Assembly (NCBI GenBank): GCA_964016885.1
Contig: CAXHJY010000340.1
Coordinates: 31,122-95,121 of the forward strand
DNA: 64,000 bases
Direction of reading: 5' to 3'
Source of the DNA: Eledone cirrhosa
Taxonomy: Eukaryota
Part shown: one piece after another, positions 60,815 to 64,000 of the stretch
Layout of the letters: each line of letters starts with the position of its first letter
Numbering within the stretch: position 1 is the first letter of the stretch
Made by a program: the position numbers and the translations under genes
Notes under the pieces: generated by a model
Database searches by the model: none
Told to the model about the DNA's origin: nothing
Seen by the model: the letters and a program-made list of their open reading frames with translations, nothing else

Positions 60815-60934
60815 ATAAGTTGAAAAAAAATGAAAACGAAATTTCATTTCTCACTCTTAGTATGGCACTTACTTAAATGTAAGTATGTATGTATACGTAC
60901 ATACATATATGTATACAGACGTACAGTAGCATGC

Positions 60935-60986
<52 letters not shown>

Positions 60987-61427
60987 GCACACAGGTACAC
61001 ATACATATATACACGCATCAGTTTAGCCGACATTTATTATAACGCAGCTTTGTTCGTTTGTTTGTCAACAAACCGAACAGCCTGAATTTATGCCATACGG
61101 TGTTAAGGCAACCACGTCACCTTTTTGTTCAACACTGACACAGGAACGATGTACTAGTTTCAAGCTTGTTAGCTATCATCAGCACCGTTTACCCATCTAC
61201 CAGATAGTTGAACGTTCGAAAGTATATACTTTCCTTATAAAAATTAACGGCTGAGCAGCCTAATTTGCATATTGAGTGAGTTAAATCGGTCAGGCATACC
61301 GAAAAAGATAAGTTGAAAAAAAATGAAAACGAAATTTCATTTCTCACTCTTAGTATGGCACTTACTTAAATGTAAGTATGTATGTATACGTACATACATA
61401 TATGTATACAGACGTACAGTAGCATGC

Positions 61428-61487
<60 letters not shown>

Positions 61488-61928
61488 GCACACAGGTACA
61501 CATACATATATGCACGCATCAGTTTAGCTGACGTTTATTATAACGCGGCTTTGTTCGTTTGTTTGTCAACAAACCGAACAGCCTGAATTTATGCCATACG
61601 GTGTTAAGGCAACCACGTCACCTTTTTGTTCAACACTGACACAGGAACGATGTACTAGATTCAAGCTTGTTAGCTATCATCAGCACCGTTTACCCATCTG
61701 CCAGATAGTTGAACGTTCGAAAGTATATACTTTCCTTATGAAAATTAACGGCTGAGCAGCATAATTTGCATATTGAGTGAGTTAAATCGGTCAGGCATAC
61801 CGAAAACGATAATTTGAAAAAAAATGAAAACGAAATTTCATTTCTCACTCTTAGTATGGCACCTACTTAAATGTAAGTATGTATGTATACGTACATACAT
61901 ATATGTATACAGACGTACAGTAGCATGC

Positions 61929-61961
<33 letters not shown>

Positions 61962-62424
61962 AATACATATATATACATACATGCACACAGGTACACATAC
62001 CTATATGCACGCATCAGTTTAGCAGACGTTTATTATAACGCAGCTTTGTTCGTTTGTTTGTCAACATAACCGAACAGCCTGAATTTATGCCATACGGTGT
62101 TAAGGCAACCACGTGACCTTTTTGTTCAACACTGACACAGGAACGATGTACTAGTTTCAAGCTTGTTAGCTATCATCAGCACCGTTTACCCATCTGCCAG
62201 ATAGTTGAACGTTCGAAAGTATATACTTTCCGTATGAAAATTAACGGCTGAGCAGCCTAATTTGCATATTGAGTGAGTTAAATCAGTCAGGCATACCGAA
62301 AACGATAAGTTGAAAAAAAATGAAAACGAAATTTCATTTCTCACTCTTAGTATGGCACTTACTTAAATGTAAGTATGTATGTATACGTACATATATATAT
62401 GTATACAGATGTACAGTAGCATGC

Positions 62425-62478
<54 letters not shown>

Positions 62479-62746
62479 GCATACAGGTACACATACATAT
62501 CTGCACGCATCAGTTTAGCCGACGTTTATTATGACGCAGCTTTGTTCGTTTGTTTGTCAACAAACCGAACAGCCTGAATTTATGCCATACGGTGTTAAGG
62601 CAACCACGTCACCTTTTTGTTCAACACTGACACAGGAACGATGTACTAGTTTCAAGCTTGTTAGCTATCATCAGCACCGTTTACCCATCTGCCAGATAGT
62701 TGAACGTTCGAAAGTATATACTTTCCTTATGAAAATTAACGGCTGA
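60815..62746 (-). mobile_element. Retrozyme-like tandem array of ~3.9 x 495-501-bp non-coding units
   Basis: One HHR and one internal (TA)n per unit. An inverted partial copy lies at 62822-62891. Confidence 0.85.
61145..61189 (-). ncRNA. Minimal hammerhead (copies at 61646-61690 [GAAA>GAAT], 62142-62186, 62637-62681)
   Basis: AACGGTG-CTGATGA-tAGC taacaa GCTt-GAAA-CTAG-TA|CATCGTT. Confidence 0.85.
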
Positions 62747-62758
62747 TGTATATATATG

Positions 62759-62821
<63 letters not shown>

Positions 62822-63529
62822 GCATATATATGCATGCTACTGTACGTCTGTATACATATATGTATGTACGTATACATACATACTTACATTTACATATATA
62901 TACATATATATATATATACATATACATATATATATATACATATATATACATATATATATATACATATATATATATATACATATACATATATATATATACA
63001 TATATATACATATATACATATATTTTATATATATATATATACATATATACATATATATACACACATATACATATATATACATATACATATATATATATAC
63101 ATATATACATATATATTATATATATATATATATACATATATATTATATATATATATATATATACATATATATTATATATATATATATATACATATATATT
63201 ATATATATATATATATAATATATGTATATATATATATATATACATATATATTATATATATTTATATATACATATATATGATATATATATACATATACATA
63301 TACATACATATATACATATATTTCATATATATATATATATACATATATACATATATATATATATATACATATATACATATATATACATATATTATATATA
63401 TATATACATATATATTATATATATATATATATACATATATATTATATATATATATATATACATATATACATATATATCATATATATATATATATATACAC
63501 ATATATTATATATATATATATATATATAC

Positions 63530-63581
<52 letters not shown>

Positions 63582-63644
63582 ATATATATATATTGTAGAT
63601 ATATATACATATATTATATATATATATATGTATATATGTATACA

Positions 63645-63676
<32 letters not shown>

Positions 63677-63701
63677 TGTATATATATATATACATATATA
63701 T

Positions 63702-64000
63702 AACAAGTGGGGTGCCCCAGGGGACAGTCCTGGGACCACTACTGTTTTTGGTGGCTCTCTCGGACATGCCCTCTGTGGTGCATGCATCAACATCCCTCAC
63801 TAGCTATGCTGATGACACTAAGGTACCACAGGCAATCAAAAGCCCGGCTGACGCTGCCCTTTTACAGCAGGATCTGGATGCCGTATACAAATGGGGTGAA
63901 GAAAACAACATGGAGTTTAATGCTGGCAAATTTCAAGCCGTACAATACAAACCTACAAACACAAATATAGTGGAACACAGCTACACAGGACCAGGAGGGA
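63702..64000 (+). mobile_element. CR1-like LINE family 2, 5'-truncated, running off the window
   Basis: [18 protein letters not shown]. The breakpoint is the same as in the 55870 copy. Confidence 0.9.

Noticed and set aside
61210-61234. Second HHR in the array unit (GAAAGTATATACTTTC)
   Set aside because: It is only a palindrome, with no CUGANGA at a suitable distance on either strand.

Overview
This is AT-rich metazoan repeat DNA with no recognisable host gene. An octopod cephalopod is the likely source, inferred from tRNA-derived SINEs that resemble Octopus SINE families. Roughly 40% of the window is (TA)n-based microsatellite, and nearly all long ORFs in the track are (TA)n translation artefacts. 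The tracts are separated by islands of retroelement DNA: Penelope-like element (PLE) RT and GIY-YIG fragments, one near-full-length CR1-like LINE (ORF1 with Myb/SANT-like and 2x CCCH domains, ORF2 APE-RT), truncated CR1-like and RTE LINEs, SINEs, and a non-autonomous Helitron. The main signal, read by eye, is about 35 minimal hammerhead-ribozyme (HHR) motifs from more than 10 sequence families. Their layout is stem I-CUGANGA-stem II-GAAA-palindromic stem III-UH-stem I. They occur in PLE pseudo-LTRs, in long palindromes embedded in (TA)n, and in two non-coding tandem arrays (561-bp and ~497-bp units, one HHR per unit) that look like large retrozymes. All structures were assigned manually. No folding, alignment or database search was run.
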